Shown here one piece after another: positions 59,508-64,000 of a stretch of DNA of 64,000 nt (positions within the stretch are counted from its first letter, which is position 1; each line of letters opens with the position of its first letter). Source of the stretch: Curvularia clavata. Taxonomy: Eukaryota. The translations under genes and the position numbers were made by a program. The notes beneath the pieces were generated by a model, which was given only the letters and a program-made list of their open reading frames with translations, was not told the DNA's origin and ran no database searches. Where the stretch lies: the NCBI GenBank assembly GCA_023920165.1, contig CP089279.1:2294001-2358000 (forward strand), given 5' to 3'.

Positions 59508-60620
59508 TCACTGCACGCATCCCCGAGTGTCCACAGGCCATATCTCTTCAATCACCCCCTTACGATGTGCATAATACACATCATGCAGATTCACTGTCGG
59601 ATCGATATGGCTTGGAACCATCTCCACCCTATCTCCTATCTTCAACTCGCTTGCCTTGCCGTCTTCCCACTTAAGGCTCCCGTGCTCGTCGCCCAGAACC
59701 CCATATTTGTACCCTGGAGCCTTGCACTCTGCAAGTCCAGAATCCGTAGTCAAACTCTTTAGTCCTGCGTCGATCGTAATGATATTCGGGCCCTGCTTGC
59801 TGATGACCGTAGACAAGATAGTCAGACTCTGGGAGAAGTTATGCGACCCAACCGCATTACGATAATCCGTATCCATGAAGAGGAACGATCCCGGTTGGAC
59901 CTCTGTTATACCAGGAACTTTAACACAGAATTCAGCTGTGCCCGTTCCACCCGTTGTTACAACATCGATTGCATGCCCATCCTTTCGCAATGCCTCTGCC
60001 GTATCAACCAGGATACGCATACTATCAAGACACCGCTGTTTCCGCTCTTCCAGACCATGAACATGCTGCAAGTGGCCCTCATACCCCTGCACCCCAATCA
60101 GCGCCAAATGCCCCGTCTTCGCGATGAATGCAGCAAGAGCACGAGCTGGCTCACCAGGCTGTACGCCTGTCCGATGAAGTCCAACATCCAAATCCACCAG
60201 CGTCTTCACCTTGCCCTCGAACCCGCGCTCAGCCAACGCAGCATCAATCGCCGCAGCGCCCTGTTCACTATCCACCACAATTCTTACTTCGCGATGCTTC
60301 TCCAGCAACTCCGCTAGTCGCTTCACCTTCGCCGCGCCAACAACCTCGCACGTGATGAGCAAATCGGTGAAGCCTTTGGCGCACATGACTTCTGCTTCCG
60401 AGAGCTTGGCTACGCATCCGCCTTTTGCGCCTGCGGCTACCATCTTTTGCGCTACAATGGCTGATTTGCTGGTTTTCAGATGCGGGCGTATAGAGACGCC
60501 GGTGGGGAGTAGTTGGGACATGAGTTTCTGGAGGTTGGTTTCCATGATGTCGAGGTCCACGATCATGGATGGCGTGTCTAGCGAGTCGAGCGAGTCGCCC
60601 ACTTTGGGTGAGTATGGCAT
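59508..60620 (-). CDS. PLP-dependent D-threonine aldolase / D-serine dehydratase family (alanine-racemase fold)
   Basis: TPSMIVDL, RPHLKT (PLP lysine), HRTG, YEGH, GGTGT, EVQPGS, EHG, PSHIDPT. Intronless from ATG 60620. Confidence 0.92.
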   Translation of the reverse strand: MPYSPKVGDSLDSLDTPSMIVDLDIMETNLQKLMSQLLPTGVSIRPHLKTSKSAIVAQKMVAAGAKGGCVAKLSEAEVMCAKGFTDLLITCEVVGAAKVKRLAELLEKHREVRIVVDSEQGAAAIDAALAERGFEGKVKTLVDLDVGLHRTGVQPGEPARALAAFIAKTGHLALIGVQGYEGHLQHVHGLEERKQRCLDSMRILVDTAEALRKDGHAIDVVTTGGTGTAEFCVKVPGITEVQPGSFLFMDTDYRNAVGSHNFSQSLTILSTVISKQGPNIITIDAGLKSLTTDSGLAECKAPGYKYGVLGDEHGSLKWEDGKASELKIGDRVEMVPSHIDPTVNLHDVYYAHRKGVIEEIWPVDTRGCVQ

Positions 60621-61285
60621 AGTTGTGGTTGTTGGGCGACGCTGAGTCGTAGTGGGGATGTGGTGGAAGAGTGGCGGTTGGGTTCGAGATTGTTTGTCAG
60701 ATGTATGAAACTTGAGGATGTGTCGATATCGCAAATGATTTGGAGCGGCTCCGGTAACCAGTATTCTCGAAGAACTAGAGCGAACATCGGACTTCGATGT
60801 AACGCTGGCGATAACGCGGCTCGGAGGTGGACGGATGCTCTTGTTGTAACCCAAAGGGGCAAGCCGGGCGTCAGACCACCTTCCGAACACGATACTGGGA
60901 ATAATAGTGATCGTCGAAGTAGCTGCTAGCTCACGATGTTTCTTGAAATTGGCACGCAACTGCACGAATGATTGCATTCGGCTGCAGATTGTAAAGATGA
61001 ATTAGGTGAGACAGGGAAAATTGCGTGCAATTAGTGATACCAAAAACTAATTGGCGAGTATTAGGTACTAACGCAAGCGCTTTTCTGTATACACATTCCG
61101 GCATACAGGATGAGAAGAGGCGAAGGCTCGGAAGTTAATAATCAGTGCCATGTGTACTTATTATTCGGCGGTCCTATGGCCGGAAGAAAGTATCATCGAA
61201 ACGCAATTTAGCGCAGAAAGACTTCAGACTTGCAAGCTATGGTGAAAATGATGACCAGACATCCTCCAGCACACCAGCTCAGGTA

Positions 61286-62638
61286 TCAAGCCTTGTTGCA
61301 ACCATTGTGCCCACTTTGCTGCCACATCTTCACACTCTTAATCTTCATCTGCGCATCTTGCTTCCACGTAGAAAGCCATTCGTTCTTGGCCTCCCAGAAC
61401 TCAAGCCTAGCACGAGCACTCTTGTCAAGCCAGGGCTTACCGCTCTTACCATCCTCGAACCAGCCGTTTGTCGCGCCAACTCCTAGGTTTATCACAAGAT
61501 AGAACTCTTTATCAAAGGGTGCCGTATTGCTGTTAGTGTGTCCCCACGGGTTATCGAGCCGGGTGCCATTGACATCGGCGAGAGGGAAGCCACCGTACTT
61601 CCAGAAAGGCTCGTCAAAGTGCGTGTACATGACTTGAAGGAGCCGTGTGTTTATGTACGTGAAGATGTACTTCTCAGACCACTAGTGACTGTGTTAGTAC
61701 CATTGTATCAGAATGTAAAGGAGTGATGAGACGAACTTCGACGCCAAAGGTGTTGTATCCAGCAGCATACGTGGTATGTAGCGCCTTCCTCTTGACATTG
61801 TTACGCCACCAACCGTTGTGGTTGGAGTCAGGACCAAACTGCAGCGTACTGGAGACAATGTTGTTTCCACCCTGGGCGTAACCGGGAGCATTGCCGCGCG
61901 ACTCCATAATGTCAATCTCACCCGAGCGGGGCCAGGGGCCGTACACATTGTCCTTAGGCAACATCGAGATGGAAGGCCACAGCCAGTCTCCAGCGGGAAG
62001 CTTGGCAACAACCTCAACACGTCCATATTTGATATTAGCACCGAGCTTAGTGTTGATTCGGCCAGACTTGACAGGGTTTACAATAGTGCCGTTGGTCGTG
62101 TTGGTGACTGCGACGCAGTCCATCCAGGTAGGTCCAGTACAGCCGTGGCCGCGGAGATCAATGACATGATCCTGCATGATCAAGTCCTCGTTCTGAAGGG
62201 TAGGCTTAATGACCAGTCCACCGTCGTCAATGAAGACGTTTTCATCCGTGCCGGTAGTCATCTCGAATTGGCCATTACTGCAAACCAGATTTAGTCAGGG
62301 GTCACAAAAGCTTGGAAATTTTCCACCTACCCAAAGCCACCAAGCTCAACCTCTTTAGTCCAGATGCTGTCATCCCAAGAAGTAAAGTTGTCATTCATAA
62401 TCTCGCAATACTTGTGCTGCGCGACAGTTCTCAATCCATCCCAAATGAGAATACCTGTTACGGCCAAACCAAGAGCCAAACCAGCGAGAGGGAAGATAGT
62501 GACCCATATTTGACGTGGGTGTTTTTTATTAAGCCACGGTTGCTGGACATCCTCAGGCCTCACACGTCGTGAGCGAAAGTACTCGCCCTTGTATGGGTGC
62601 TGATAGCCAGAGACGGCCTGCGAAGGAGGGCTGTCCAT
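61286..62638 (-). CDS. GH16 beta-1,3-glucanase/GNBP-like protein with an N-terminal transmembrane anchor
   Basis: TM helix; KYGRVEVVAKLPAGDWLWP; SGEIDIMES catalytic EIDxxE; APFDKEFYL. 3 exons. Confidence 0.93.
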
Positions 62639-63390
62639 TATGTATTGAGAAGAACAAGAATGCGAAGAATGCCTAGCGAAAGTTTGTAGAATAGATCCTT
62701 TTTATCGTCCTGCTTGTCTTACCATTACCGCTACGTTTGACTTGACCCGAACCAAGTTGCAGTGGCGGAGACTTATCCTCGAATCCGCCTAAACGATACG
62801 CTGTGGATCTTTTCTGGCTGTTATGTCAGTTTGAGCTTACAATGTAGAAGCCTGCCACTCATGGTAGCCATGTTTAGCAATTCGATCCGTGTTGACAATG
62901 CTGACTGCTGATCCACCGTTGTGCTTTCGTCATGGACCTAACATCTCTAGTTGTAACTGCTTCCGTCGGTTTTCATGGAGGTTTTAGTAGATTGCAGCGG
63001 CTCGTGCTTTGAGAAACTATGGTCCATTGAGACTGGGACTTGATATTAGGTGGGCTGATAGACATGATCCATTCAATCCACTGGATGTACCGGATTACTA
63101 TTTCTTATCCGTCACTGGCTACGACAGCTGCGCAGTGTAGCAAGAGGTTAAGAAATGGCACTGGGAAGCAGCTTAGCATCGCTTCCAGAGCTGCGAGAAG
63201 TATTGCGTCAACACAAGAAACCTTCAATGGGAATTATTGAGCCGCGGAGACTGGAGCGAGTTCGGATAGCCGATTCACCCCCGTCGCATGCCATAATTTT
63301 TTGAAAGCCATATACATGTTTTCTGAGTAGTCTATCGATCCGAAGCAGTAGCGAGAGACCTCCATATCCGGGACATTCTGTTCAACAGAA

Positions 63391-64000
63391 CTATGCGTCC
63401 GCAGCCAGACTGAGGTAGATACCCCACACCACTCCGACCGAGCAGCCAAACACGATCCTCTTATCTACCGGCACCCACAAAAAGCTAATGAGACTTATCG
63501 CCGGCCAGAACTTATATCCATCCTTCATCATCGGCCAGAGCTTATTCTTGCAATCGCTGGTAACCACATCCATAGGATTGACGCCCGGCTTATCCTGAGC
63601 ATTGACATAAGCCATGTAGCTCAGGAACATGAGCGTGTTAACCACCGCGCCCACTGATTGATCGAGCAGAAACTTGATCAGGACATTTGTCTTGCTAAGC
63701 GACGTCTTCGCGGGTTCGGGCTTCGAGGCGGTTTTCTCGGCTGGAGTGGGGGCTGCCTTTGACGGCACTTGTGTGGGGAACAGGTCTTCGAGGAAGCCCT
63801 GCCAAATAATGTTGGGCGGATTGCTGAGAATGCTGAACAAGACGAACTTTAACAGCGGGCCGTAATTGAGTGTGAAGGGCGCCTAGAAAGGTGTCAATTA
63901 CAAATACTCTTGCATACAAAATTCCACGATAGTACGTACATCGTCCTTGTAAGACGATATGGCCTGCGCGAGCACGTTGGACGTTATGCTCAGTACTGCA
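63391..64000 (-). CDS. Mpv17/PMP22 family membrane protein (5' end outside the window)
   Basis: SNVLAQ, PPNIIWQ..LE..FP, KFLLDQ, FWP...ISF.WVP...R, WGIYLSL. Intron about 63883-63939. Confidence 0.9.

Noticed and set aside
58889..59551. 220-aa hydrophobic minus-strand ORF
   Set aside because: Antisense to a purine-rich exon and out of frame with the aldolase end, so a compositional artefact.
60621..60977. 119-aa in-frame extension of the aldolase ORF
   Set aside because: Family similarity begins at MPYSPK (ATG 60620, good context). The extension looks like promoter/UTR sequence, though a targeting extension is not excluded.
1..64000. Stop-codon readthrough (TGA CTA) giving cryptic PTS1 extensions; CRISPR arrays; prokaryotic operons
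   Set aside because: The stop contexts I checked lack TGA CTA. There are no spaced repeats, and the sequence is eukaryotic with spliceosomal introns.

Overview
This is gene-dense euchromatin from a filamentous ascomycete. GT-AG introns with CTAAC/CTGAC branch points and the gene content suggest a Dothideomycete/Pleosporales-like genome (inference). The ORF track splits most genes at introns, so I spliced them by hand. The window holds about 30 protein genes and one intron-containing elongator tRNA-Met. Housekeeping genes: ADE4, ARG8, CTF8, SIF2/TBL1-like, p150 dynactin, peroxisomal ABCD transporter, TMEM115-like, SNF2 ATPase, Mpv17/PMP22. Secreted proteins: phytase, EEP-jacalin, DUF3455, a CBM1 protein, plus a membrane-anchored GH16. 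A run of redox/tailoring enzymes lies at 38-50 kb. I found no intact transposon and no CRISPR array. The most notable observations: (1) two spliced, Cys-rich small secreted proteins (32340-32823 and 35886-36283) that share Cys spacing and an intron position; (2) two members of an uncharacterised secreted domain family, one with a CBM1 and one without; (3) an 18-nt micro-exon in the butanediol dehydrogenase whose splice acceptor reads AT instead of AG; (4) an SGNH esterase with an altered oxyanion hole; (5) a uORF and a 5'-UTR intron upstream of ADE4; (6) a possible terpene cyclase relic; (7) an intronless, bacterial-like D-threonine aldolase. Functional calls come from motif recognition only; no database searches were run.
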